Positions 1 through 8,930 of a stretch of 64,000 nucleotides of DNA are shown here, piece by piece. Both the position numbers and the translations under genes were made by a program. Positions within the stretch are counted from its first letter, which is position 1; each line of letters opens with the position of its first letter. The notes beneath the pieces are model-generated. The model was not told the DNA's origin and made no database searches. It was given only the letters and a program-made list of their open reading frames with translations. This DNA comes from Candidatus Altimarinota bacterium (GTDB lineage Bacteria; Patescibacteriota; Gracilibacteria; 1-14-2-50-48-13): assembly GCA_046314355.1 (NCBI GenBank), contig JBKBWQ010000001.1, positions 320,001 to 384,000 of the forward strand, given 5' to 3'.

Positions 1-457
1 TGGATGGTTTTGTAAATACCATTCGATATTTTGCCGTTTCTTTATCGTACTTATAAAAACCAAATAGATACGCAAGTTTTTCACCTACTCCTTCAGGTAC
101 TTTCTTTACTTTTTCCTGATTATTTTTCTCATCTTTCTTTTGCTGATAATGCTTAATGGAAGGTTCTTGAGGCTCTTGGGTAAACTCTTCAATTTCCTTA
201 TAGTCTTTAAGGGCTGTAAGCCCGGCTTGTGAGGCTAATGTGCGGCCTATTTTATCCTGAGTTACTATGATTACAGTTTTCTTTTCCTCCTCCGCTTTTT
301 TTCTAATCAGTTTCAGATTTACAATACTAGTAAGAAGCATAGATCTTCCAGGTATCACCAAATATACTGTCTTATCTTTCTGTGATGAAATCTTTGAAAA
401 AACATCTGTAATTTCATCATCAATTTCTATAAAGGTGAGGCGCTGGTCTGAAAGCAT
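1..457 (-). CDS. Conserved CPR-type hypothetical protein, N-terminal part (runs off the window start)
   Basis: Not in the ORF track. Manual translation from ATG 457: MLSDQRLTFIEIDDEITDVFSKISSQKDKTVYLVIPGRSMLLTSIVNLKLIRKKAEEEKKTVIIVTQDKIGRTLASQAG. Resembles the N-terminus of CPR proteins often annotated baseplate-J-like (from recall). Confidence 0.7.
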   Translation of the reverse strand, partial: MLSDQRLTFIEIDDEITDVFSKISSQKDKTVYLVIPGRSMLLTSIVNLKLIRKKAEEEKKTVIIVTQDKIGRTLASQAGLTALKDYKEIEEFTQEPQEPSIKHYQQKKDEKNNQEKVKKVPEGVGEKLAYLFGFYKYDKETAKYRMVFTKPS

Positions 458-617
458 GAAAAATCACTAATAAATACATGGAACTTCGAGTGATCCTAGT
501 ATAAAAAATCTTGGTCAAAGGGGCAAGCATAAGTTCCAGAATCATCTGTTGTTATTTTGTAATTACACTACACGCTTGCACTGGAGTGACTTTTGCTCTA
601 AAAAAGCACTATAGATT

Positions 618-1514
618 ATGTTTTCTAATATGAAAAAATACTTTCTCCTGCCTGCGATCTGCATATGTTTTCTATTTATTCTCTCCTACCTGCAGACTTA
701 TAGAATCAAAGCTCAAGAGACGTCATCTCCAGCATTAACTGTATATTTTTTCTCTATTGGACAGGGGGATAGTTCTCTTATTCATACTCCAGAGAATAAA
801 TGGATACTTGTGGATGGCGGACCAGATTCTGAAAGTGCAGTATCTGCAATGCATCCAATACTTCCATTCTTTGCAGGAAAAATAGACTTAATGGTACTAT
901 CTCATCCTCATAAGGATCATATTGCAGGACTTATAAAAGTGCTTGATACCTATGCGGTGGGAAGTATCCTTATGTACGGTGTCTCAGAAAATGATCTGCA
1001 AGAGCAATTTATTGCAAAGAGTATGGAAAAAGGAATCCCAATAATCAGTGCGGATCCTTTGATTGATTTACAAATTGATGCTGTAACGTATGTTGATGTA
1101 TTAAGTCCATTAGAAAATGCTGATTCAGAAGAAAAAAATATTAATAATTTGTCAGTGATGTTTATGCTCAAGAGCGGTGCACATACTTTCCTCTATACTG
1201 GTGATGCTGAAGAAGAACAGGAACGTCAGCTCTTACTATCACAGTCATACCTTGATGCAGATATTCTTAAGGGAGGTCATCATGGAAGTAAGACAAGCAG
1301 TAGTATTCCTTTTTTAGATGCAGTCTCCCCCGACTTAGTAGTATATATGAATGGTCTTGATAACTCCTTTGGTCATCCTGATACTCAAACGCTTGAACAT
1401 TTAGATGAAAAACATATACCTTACTTTAATACTTCGCTTAATGGCACTATAGTAGTAACTTGTCCTTTGAAGGAGCAAAAGTGTACTAGTACATCTGAAC
1501 GCTCACTTCATTGA
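618..1514 (+). CDS. ComEC/Rec2-type metallo-beta-lactamase-fold protein (stand-alone MBL domain)
   Basis: N-terminal TM; motifs IGQGDS, LVDGG, SHPHKDH, TGDAE, GHHGSKTSS, FGHP. Confidence 0.9.
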   Translation: MFSNMKKYFLLPAICICFLFILSYLQTYRIKAQETSSPALTVYFFSIGQGDSSLIHTPENKWILVDGGPDSESAVSAMHPILPFFAGKIDLMVLSHPHKDHIAGLIKVLDTYAVGSILMYGVSENDLQEQFIAKSMEKGIPIISADPLIDLQIDAVTYVDVLSPLENADSEEKNINNLSVMFMLKSGAHTFLYTGDAEEEQERQLLLSQSYLDADILKGGHHGSKTSSSIPFLDAVSPDLVVYMNGLDNSFGHPDTQTLEHLDEKHIPYFNTSLNGTIVVTCPLKEQKCTSTSERSLH

Positions 1515-1562
1515 GTAAAATTCTATCCATCCAATATATCTGTATACTCTACGGAGATGTAG

Positions 1563-1645
<83 letters not shown>

Positions 1646-1661
1646 GTTAAGCCACTTGCAC

Positions 1662-1689
1662 TTGCTATCACTCCTTGCATAGATAGAAT
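1662..1689 (+). promoter_or_regulatory. Putative sigma70 promoter of xer
   Basis: TTGCTA-16 bp-TAGAAT, 26 nt upstream of ATG 1716. Confidence 0.5.
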
Positions 1690-1715
1690 GAAACCAACAG
1701 CATTTCATACATTTG

Positions 1716-2708
1716 ATGATCTCTCTTGCAGAACACATTCAGGATTTTCTCGTTGATATCATTATAGAGAAGAATCAGTCAAAAAAAACAAAGCTTAATT
1801 ATGAGCATTATCTTAAACGTTTCTTGAATTTTATAGGGCAAGATGCAACACCAGACAAGATCACCTTACCTAGAGTAAAAGCATACAGACTATTTCTGAC
1901 AGAAGTCACTGATAAAAATGGAGTACTGCTTTCTCCAAAAACGCAGAGTTATCACATAATTGCTCTGCGAGCGATACTTAAATACTTAAGAAAAAATGAT
2001 GTCGAAACACTTGCTCCTGAAAAAATAGAAGTAGCAAAATCTGAAAGCAGACATGTGGAATATCTGACAAGAGAAGAGCTCGACAGATTATTTCAAGCGG
2101 TAGAGGATATATTTGTAAAAAATGAAAATGTCATTCTGTTAAATCCTAAAATAAAGAACAAGGAAGAGCGTATTGCTGAACTAACATTAAGAAAATTAAG
2201 AGATAGAGCTATCCTTGAAACATTATATTCTACAGGACTTCGAGTCAGTGAACTTGTAAGTCTTAACCGCCTAGAAGTAGACCTCGTAAGAAAAGAGTTT
2301 GCAGTAACTGGTAAAGGTAGAAAACGCCGCATTGTCTTTCTGTCTCAAACTGCGGCAGAGAAAATACAAGACTATCTTCAGAAAAGAGGAGATAATCTCA
2401 AACCTCTTTTTCTCAATTATGCCAGGAGTATGAAAAAGCAAGGAGATATATTAGCAGATGAAGAGCGAAGACTAACGACAGTATCCATAGAAAATATTGT
2501 ACGCACCTATAGTGCACATGCAGGTATTATTAAAAGAGTAACACCGCATGTACTTCGTCATTCCTTTGCTACAGAACTGCTCTATAATGGCGCTGATATA
2601 CGATCAGTGCAGGAAATGCTGGGACATGCGAGCATTACGACTACTCAGATTTATACAAATATTACAAATAAACATTTGCGTGAAGTACATGAAAAATTTC
2701 ATAAATAA
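1716..2708 (+). CDS. xerC: XerC/XerD-family tyrosine recombinase
   Basis: TGLRVSEL, GKG, HVLRHSFAT, LGH, TTQIY give the full catalytic set; housekeeping context; xerC versus xerD not resolvable. Confidence 0.85.
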   Translation: MISLAEHIQDFLVDIIIEKNQSKKTKLNYEHYLKRFLNFIGQDATPDKITLPRVKAYRLFLTEVTDKNGVLLSPKTQSYHIIALRAILKYLRKNDVETLAPEKIEVAKSESRHVEYLTREELDRLFQAVEDIFVKNENVILLNPKIKNKEERIAELTLRKLRDRAILETLYSTGLRVSELVSLNRLEVDLVRKEFAVTGKGRKRRIVFLSQTAAEKIQDYLQKRGDNLKPLFLNYARSMKKQGDILADEERRLTTVSIENIVRTYSAHAGIIKRVTPHVLRHSFATELLYNGADIRSVQEMLGHASITTTQIYTNITNKHLREVHEKFHK

Positions 2709-2712
2709 GCAT

Positions 2713-3339
2713 ATGGAAATTATACAAATTCGTGAGCCATTTGGACATTCGTACCATCGGATCTTAGAAGAAGTACGTCCTGAACTTCTCAAAGGAGGAG
2801 TACTGATGTATGGGACAGACACCTGCTGGGGACTATCAACTATGATTAGCTCAAAAAAAGGTATTGAAAAAATCTATAATATTAAGAATAGACCTGAGAC
2901 AAAAGCAGTAAGTATTGCTGTATCAGATCTACAGATGGCACATCAATATGTCCATATTTCTCAGGAAGTAGAGAGCTTTATGAAGAAGTATCTGCCAGGT
3001 AGAATTTCGCTTATTCTTCCTGCAAAAATGGAAGCTTTTCCTACTGATTTTCTTATTCCAGATAGGAAAGTCAGTATACGTATTCCTTCGGATCTTTTTA
3101 CAAGAAGGCTTGTTGCTTCGCTAAAGGAGCCACTAACTACAACATCCGCAAATATTTCAGGACAAAAGGAACTCTATACATGGAAAGAGGTAGAACACTT
3201 CCTTGAAAATATTTCAGAAAAACCTGATCTCGTACTCTATAAGAAAAGAATCCCAAAATGTCTTCCAAGTACTATTATTAATACCACTACTACTCCTTGG
3301 ACTGTAGTACGGCAAGGCGGATTTGTATTGGAAAAATAG
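2713..3339 (+). CDS. tsaC: L-threonylcarbamoyladenylate synthase (TsaC/Sua5)
   Basis: TDTCWGL, IYNIKNRP, TTTSANISG, PSTII; start taken at ATG 2713. Confidence 0.9.
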   Translation: MEIIQIREPFGHSYHRILEEVRPELLKGGVLMYGTDTCWGLSTMISSKKGIEKIYNIKNRPETKAVSIAVSDLQMAHQYVHISQEVESFMKKYLPGRISLILPAKMEAFPTDFLIPDRKVSIRIPSDLFTRRLVASLKEPLTTTSANISGQKELYTWKEVEHFLENISEKPDLVLYKKRIPKCLPSTIINTTTTPWTVVRQGGFVLEK

Positions 3340-3382
3340 TATATGATATAATATATACAATTCATTTTACAGCACTTACTTT

Positions 3383-4225
3383 ATGCCGGATAAACCAGAG
3401 TTAGATATGCATTTTCTTTCCACTTTGGAGAAAATACTTCTAGATCTCAAAGCTAATTATAGTGCAGAGGATATTCCTTCTCTTGAGAAACGCGTCTTGG
3501 AAGAGGCAAAAAAGAATTCTGCAAATCTTGATATAAATAAGCAGATTGAGCTCTTAGCTGTTGTACATGAGCTTTGGCATGCCTTTAAATTCGCTGCAGA
3601 AAAACATAAGAATCAAGCAAGAGAGTCTGGTGAGCCATATATTATGCATCCTATTCTTGTAGCACTTAACGAAATATATCACCAAAAGCATGAAAGGGGA
3701 CACTATGCTGAATCTCCCATTATTGCAGCACTGCTGCATGATACGATAGAAGATACTGATGCGCAGTACGAGGATCTTGATGCTCACTTTGGAAATAGAG
3801 TGAAGCAGCTTGTAGCGAACCTGACAAATAAGCCTGAGTGGGATGAATGGAAGAAAAAAGGACAGCTGTCTCATACTGAAAAGTCCGCTTTACAGTTTAT
3901 TAATGCAATAAAAGATCCTGCATCCCTTTCTGTGAAATTTGATGACCGCACACATAATCTGGATACGATCAGATATATGCCTGCGGAAAAGCAGATAAAA
4001 AAGATACTAGACACTCTCTCAGTGGGATTTATAGAAAAAGCAGAATCACTAGGAAGATTTGATTTTCTCATACAGCTCTACATTACGATCCAGCAGTACC
4101 TTACAGATGTAAATATAGAACAGTTTGCTGAGAACTCCGAAGATGCTAAGCAGCTTAAACAGCAATCACTCACTCAGATCAGCGATATTCTCTCAAGACA
4201 TCATCAGGAGATTTTCCATAGATAA
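3383..4225 (+). CDS. Stand-alone RelA/SpoT-type HD hydrolase (small alarmone hydrolase-like)
   Basis: AAEKHKNQARESGEPYIMHP, AALLHDTIEDTD, KFDDRTHNL; no synthetase domain. Confidence 0.8.
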   Translation: MPDKPELDMHFLSTLEKILLDLKANYSAEDIPSLEKRVLEEAKKNSANLDINKQIELLAVVHELWHAFKFAAEKHKNQARESGEPYIMHPILVALNEIYHQKHERGHYAESPIIAALLHDTIEDTDAQYEDLDAHFGNRVKQLVANLTNKPEWDEWKKKGQLSHTEKSALQFINAIKDPASLSVKFDDRTHNLDTIRYMPAEKQIKKILDTLSVGFIEKAESLGRFDFLIQLYITIQQYLTDVNIEQFAENSEDAKQLKQQSLTQISDILSRHHQEIFHR

Positions 4226-4288
4226 TTTGAGATTATTTTGAAATAGAACAAAAGATACGTAGTATTAAAGTATCTGATAATATTTATT

Positions 4289-5056
4289 ATGGCAGTAAAT
4301 TTAAGTTATTCAGCACTCTCCATGTATGAGCAGTGCCCAAAGATGTATGAATTCCGCTACATCGAAAAGCTCCCTTCAAGACAAAATGGTGCAATGAGTT
4401 ACGGAACGAGTATTCATAATACTCTCTATAAATTCCTTATACCATTACTGCCAAAAGATACTTCTCAGACCAGTCTTTTTGATGAACAAATCATACCTGA
4501 TATGTCTCTTTCAAGACTTCTGGAGCTGTTAGATGAGAATTGGTCTGAGTTTGGATATAATGATAGAAAATTCATGTTTACGAAAAAGAGGGAAGCAATG
4601 GAGCTCCTCACAAAATGGCATGAAAAATATAATGGAAACTTTGGAAATCCAATACTGCTTGAAACAAAATTTACTGTATCATGTGGGGAGTACACTATTA
4701 CTGGACGCTTTGATCGTATTGATTTACTTCCAGATGGCTCAGTGCATATTATTGATTATAAAACAGGTAAGCTGCGTACCCAAAAAGATGTAGATGAGGA
4801 TTCTCAGCTTTCTATGTATGCGCTTGCAGTAAAACAGACCCTTGGGCTTCCCGTAGGAAGACTCTCACTGTATTTTGTCACTCAAGATCAGGAAATCATC
4901 ACTATGCGTTCCGAGGATTCATTGACAGATTTTGCAAGAGGTGTAGAAAAAATAGGTACCTCAATTGATCAGAAATATTTCCCAGCTACACCTTCAAAAG
5001 TTCAATGTACTTATTGTGACTTTGCATCTGTATGCAGCGATCGCTGGATTGAATAA
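4289..5056 (+). CDS. PD-(D/E)XK nuclease (RecB/AddB-like, probable Fe-S staple)
   Basis: LSYSALSMYEQCP, GTSIH, GRFDRID, IIDYKTG, QLSMYA, C-terminal CTYCDFASVC. Confidence 0.85.
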   Translation: MAVNLSYSALSMYEQCPKMYEFRYIEKLPSRQNGAMSYGTSIHNTLYKFLIPLLPKDTSQTSLFDEQIIPDMSLSRLLELLDENWSEFGYNDRKFMFTKKREAMELLTKWHEKYNGNFGNPILLETKFTVSCGEYTITGRFDRIDLLPDGSVHIIDYKTGKLRTQKDVDEDSQLSMYALAVKQTLGLPVGRLSLYFVTQDQEIITMRSEDSLTDFARGVEKIGTSIDQKYFPATPSKVQCTYCDFASVCSDRWIE

Positions 5057-5065
5057 ATTATATAT

Positions 5066-5524
5066 ATGCGTGTTGTTATCCAAAAAGTAAGTAAGGCACA
5101 TGTAGAAGTCAATCATACTGTCGTGGGCAGTATTGGGGCAGGTCTGCTAGTGCTTTTAGGTGTTCATAAAGATGATAATGAATCTGATATAGATACCATT
5201 ATCAAAAAAATCCTTGAGACAAGAATGTTTCCTAATGAAAGTGGAGAGAAATATTTTGATATTTCACTTAAGGATACTGCTATGGATATCCTGGTGGTAT
5301 CGCAATTTACCCTCTATGCAAATCTTAAAAAAGGCAGAAGACCTAGCTTTGACAATGCAGCTAGTCCCATAGCTGCTAAAAATATGTACAAAAAGTTTTT
5401 GGATAAACTACGTAACAGTTATACTGGAAATATAAGTACGGGTATCTTCCAGGCACATATGGAAGTATCTCTTACAAATACTGGTCCCGTAACATTTATT
5501 TATGACTCACGACTCGATATATGA
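5066..5524 (+). CDS. dtd: D-aminoacyl-tRNA deacylase
   Basis: MRVVIQKV, VSQFTLY, KGRRPSF, NTGPVT. Confidence 0.95.
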   Translation: MRVVIQKVSKAHVEVNHTVVGSIGAGLLVLLGVHKDDNESDIDTIIKKILETRMFPNESGEKYFDISLKDTAMDILVVSQFTLYANLKKGRRPSFDNAASPIAAKNMYKKFLDKLRNSYTGNISTGIFQAHMEVSLTNTGPVTFIYDSRLDI

Positions 5525-5955
5525 AAGTAAAGATTAAACGGATTGATTCTACCCTACCTTTACCTGAGTACCATACTAGTGGGGCAGTGGGCTTTGACCT
5601 CATCGCCCGCGAGACTGTGACCATCCCTGCCAAAGGACTGGAGTTTGTGCCTAACAATGTCATCATCAAAATACCTGAAGGCTACATGCTTCTTTTAGCA
5701 AATAGAAGCTCCACAGCAAAAAAACGGGGTCTCACAATAGCAAATGGAATTGGTATCATTGATCAGGATTACTGTGGTAATGAAGATGAGCTAAAGACTC
5801 TGTTCTACAATATGACAGATGAACCGGTCACTGTCCAAAGGGGAGAAAGGCTCTCTCAGTGCGTGTTCGTAAGAGTAGATCAGGGAGAATGGGAAGAAGT
5901 GGAAGAGATGTCTGATCCCACACGAGGAGGCTTCGGAACTACTGACAAAGTATAA
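5521..5955 (+). CDS. dut: dUTP diphosphatase
   Basis: GFDL, RSS, GIIDQDYCG, RGGFGTT; ATGA overlap with dtd. Confidence 0.95.
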   Translation: MKVKIKRIDSTLPLPEYHTSGAVGFDLIARETVTIPAKGLEFVPNNVIIKIPEGYMLLLANRSSTAKKRGLTIANGIGIIDQDYCGNEDELKTLFYNMTDEPVTVQRGERLSQCVFVRVDQGEWEEVEEMSDPTRGGFGTTDKV

Positions 5956-5969
5956 AAATATTGTTTAGT

Positions 5970-5997
5970 TTGCTTTTATTAAGTAAGTTGCTATAAT
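5970..5997 (+). promoter_or_regulatory. Putative sigma70 promoter (extended -10)
   Basis: TTGCTT-16 bp-TATAAT with TGn, upstream of the GxxExxY gene. Confidence 0.6.
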
Positions 5998-6032
5998 TTA
6001 AATATATTATTTAAAAGCAATTCCTGTTTTCT

Positions 6033-6476
6033 ATGTTAAAATTTCCAACTGCTAAGCGAGAGCAGCTTCATACAGATCTTACAGAAAAAATCATTGGAGC
6101 AGCAATTCGGGTACACACAACTCTCGGCCCGGGATTCGACGAAGATATTTACACAAATGCTCTTATCGTCGAATTTAATAAGAACAATATTAACTTTGAA
6201 AATAACTGGCAGGTAAAAGTCTATTACGATGCAGTGAATGTAGGAGCCTACACTTTAGATTTTCTTGTCCAGGATAAGGTCATCGTAAAAGTACTGGCCA
6301 CAGATATACTAGATGCAAAATATCTCTACCAAGTGAAATCCCACCTAGCAGCTGCCGAATTGAAAGTCGGGCTTGTCCTAAACTTCGGAGGCGCAACACT
6401 TGAGATCAAAAGAGTAGAGCCGCGTGTATTAAAAGAGAGAGCAAAGAAAGAGAGAGTGGTAGATGATTATTTGTAG
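6033..6476 (+). CDS. GxxExxY family protein with degenerate nuclease motif
   Basis: IIGAAIRVHTTLGPGFDEDIY, GLVLNFG; DFLVQDKVIVKVLA in place of the usual DLLVExKVIVELKA. Confidence 0.85.
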   Translation: MLKFPTAKREQLHTDLTEKIIGAAIRVHTTLGPGFDEDIYTNALIVEFNKNNINFENNWQVKVYYDAVNVGAYTLDFLVQDKVIVKVLATDILDAKYLYQVKSHLAAAELKVGLVLNFGGATLEIKRVEPRVLKERAKKERVVDDYL

Positions 6477-6486
6477 ACAAAAATTG

Positions 6487-6577
6487 GTAATTGGGCTCAA
6501 TAATTGGGCACACATAATTAGGGCGCTAATAATTGAGCTCAATTAGTGAGTCCAATTATCGCGCCCTAATTACTGAG
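6487..6577. repeat. Nested palindromic intergenic repeat, copy A
   Basis: TAATT(G/A)GG-based subunits, central perfect palindrome TAATTGAGCTCAATTA; clearly homologous to 40692-40790. Confidence 0.9.
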
Positions 6578-6585
6578 TTCCTTCT

Positions 6586-7206
6586 TTACGCCGCCCCCAA
6601 CGTCTTATCTCCTTTTTTCCAGCCGATTGGACAAAGGTCTCCAGTCTGGAAAGCTTCGATAACTCTCTTTAATTCTTCAGTATTTCTTCCTACTGTAAGA
6701 TTGTGTACTGTCATTGCCTGTAGAATATTATCAGGATCGATAATAAACATTCCTCGAAGACTCATGCCATCGTCATGAAGTACATTAAAGAGCTCTGATA
6801 GATTCTTATTTAGATCTGAAAGCATTGGGAAGTTGAGATCTCCAATTTCTTTGCTCCATGCCTTGTGAGCATGTACAGAGTCAATACTTACTGCGAGAAT
6901 CTGAGTATTAAGAGCTTCAAATTCACTATTCTTTGCAGAAAGATCTAGAATCTCAGTTGGACATACAAAAGTGAAATCAAGAGGATAGAAGAATACTACT
7001 TTCCATTTCCCCTCATAGTCATCGAGTGATACCTCTTTAAATTCTCCTTTGAAGTATGCATCAAGCGTAAAATTTGGTACCTCATGTCCGATTCTAATAT
7101 CATAGGCCCCAGCATCCATACAACCGCATCCACAATCTGAAGAATCGCATCCGCAGTTTTCACCACAGCCGCAAGCTCCTTCTCCGCATCCGCATTCCGT
7201 ATTCAT
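6586..7206 (-). CDS. ahpC: 2-Cys peroxiredoxin (AhpC/Prx1) with Cys-rich N-terminal extension
   Basis: FFYPLDFTFVCPTE, GRN, LCPIGW; 9 Cys in residues 5-29. Confidence 0.93.
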   Translation of the reverse strand: MNTECGCGEGACGCGENCGCDSSDCGCGCMDAGAYDIRIGHEVPNFTLDAYFKGEFKEVSLDDYEGKWKVVFFYPLDFTFVCPTEILDLSAKNSEFEALNTQILAVSIDSVHAHKAWSKEIGDLNFPMLSDLNKNLSELFNVLHDDGMSLRGMFIIDPDNILQAMTVHNLTVGRNTEELKRVIEAFQTGDLCPIGWKKGDKTLGAA

Positions 7207-7289
7207 AAATTTTTTATATATAACAATTAAAAACGCCCTTAATTTTAAAGTAAGGACGTCTTTACCGCAAGCCTAAGTACCTTGGTCTT

Positions 7290-7520
7290 CTAAGATTTTT
7301 TATGAATAGGCATCCCTTTTTCTTTGTAGCGCTTATGCAGCACTATTTTAAGGGTAATAAATAGTGCTGCAATGAAAACAAGAATAACCATAAAAGTCTC
7401 ATAAGGTATATGAGAAAAACCAAATAAACGTAGTTCACCTGCGGAAGTATAGCTCTGATTCGTGTTTACAGGTGCATCTTCCTTTACGGTAGTTGCAAAC
7501 GCGTCGCTGAGGGTAGTCAT
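7290..7520 (-). CDS. Small single-pass membrane protein
   Basis: 76 aa; hydrophobic FMVILVFIAALFITL followed by a basic tail. Confidence 0.55.
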   Translation of the reverse strand: MTTLSDAFATTVKEDAPVNTNQSYTSAGELRLFGFSHIPYETFMVILVFIAALFITLKIVLHKRYKEKGMPIHKKS

Positions 7521-7644
7521 AGTGAGAATAGAAAGCCTTTTACCTGTAGTATACTAAAGAACATAGAAATGAAAAATAAAAATATAAATTTAGTTTACAT
7601 ACATTCCCTAGAACATAGTATGTAGAAAACCTATTTTAAGTATT

Positions 7645-8871
7645 ATGACTGAATTATTTAGAGATTTTCTGCAGACAGAGCAGGCAGCTGAACTTACAAA
7701 AATTATTGATTCTCTCAAAGGTGACACCTTAAAGATACATAGTTCTCTTTCAAAACGGAGTGATAAAGAACAAATACTACCGTATCTTCCGGATATGCTT
7801 CTTTTGCGGGATCTCAGAGAAAAAGCTGAGAAAAAATTCAGTCAAGCACCGAACATGTTTTTTACAAGAAGGGGACTGGAACAATCCACAGGTGAGAATA
7901 TCGCTGAGCATAAAGCCTCATGGATCTCTACGGATGCAAAAGTACTGGTACTGTGCAGCGGCATAGGGGGAGAGATGATATCTTTGGCAAAAAAAGCTCA
8001 GCACGTGACGGCAGTAGATAATGATGCTGAGATATGCGAAGTTGCAGCATTAAATGCAGACGCCTACAGCGTGAAGAATAAAATTACTTTTATCAATGAT
8101 ACAGTCGAACATTTTCTTGAGAAGTACAATGGAGAAGGATTTGATGCGGTATATATTGATCCAGATAGAAGACCGGGAGATTCAAGAAAAGTAGAATTAT
8201 CCCAATATTTACCAAACATATATGAGATACTGCCTCAGCTACTGAAAATATCGAAAGATATCTACTGTAAAGTATCACCGCGGATTTTTAGAGATGAGCT
8301 CACGAAAATACAAAATTTATCTTCCTACGAATTTATACAGGAAGATCAGGATCTAAAAGAATGTGTACTTCACTTTACTCCACTTGCAGACGATATTACA
8401 AAGATAGCTACAAAAATCAGCAATAATACTGCTATTCACCTCTACTCAAAAGAGAGTCAGTCTCACAAACAGATACTTTTGGATGAGAAAGCCGTAAAAT
8501 TATATTTGTTTGAACCATATGCATGTGTCATGCGGGCAGAACTTGTAGAGCAGTGTGCAGAGAATATAGATGGGATTTTTCTCGCAGAGAAGGGCGCACT
8601 ACTGACAAGTGATATACTTAGTGAAACAGGAAAAGACTGGGGAACATACTTTGAAATATGTACTGTGCTTCCTTTTCATCCAGCAACTATCAAGACCTAC
8701 TGCAAAGATAATGCCCTTGATAAGATTATTATCAAAAAAAGATATTTTCCTCTAGAACCACATGAAATCAGAAAATTCCTAAAAATAAAGGAAGGCGGAA
8801 ATGATATTTTCTACTGCACTACTCTTGCAGATAAAAAAGTCATAATCCACTGTAGAAGAGTATTGCCTTAA
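7645..8871 (+). CDS. Class I SAM-dependent methyltransferase with C-terminal THUMP-like domain
   Basis: FTRRGLEQST, LCSGIGGE, YIDPDRR, KVSP, LFEP. Confidence 0.8.
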   Translation: MTELFRDFLQTEQAAELTKIIDSLKGDTLKIHSSLSKRSDKEQILPYLPDMLLLRDLREKAEKKFSQAPNMFFTRRGLEQSTGENIAEHKASWISTDAKVLVLCSGIGGEMISLAKKAQHVTAVDNDAEICEVAALNADAYSVKNKITFINDTVEHFLEKYNGEGFDAVYIDPDRRPGDSRKVELSQYLPNIYEILPQLLKISKDIYCKVSPRIFRDELTKIQNLSSYEFIQEDQDLKECVLHFTPLADDITKIATKISNNTAIHLYSKESQSHKQILLDEKAVKLYLFEPYACVMRAELVEQCAENIDGIFLAEKGALLTSDILSETGKDWGTYFEICTVLPFHPATIKTYCKDNALDKIIIKKRYFPLEPHEIRKFLKIKEGGNDIFYCTTLADKKVIIHCRRVLP

Positions 8872-8930
8872 CGTATGTGAATCTGTACAATCTAAATACT
8901 ATATAATTTTCGTATTTTCACAAAAATCCT

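Noticed and set aside
1716-2708. Integrase of a mobile element
   Set aside because: XerC/D-like sequence, tightly linked to tsaC, with no att repeats or cargo visible.
4289-5056. Cas4 / CRISPR system
   Set aside because: No cas1/cas2 or array in the window; housekeeping operon with dtd and dut.
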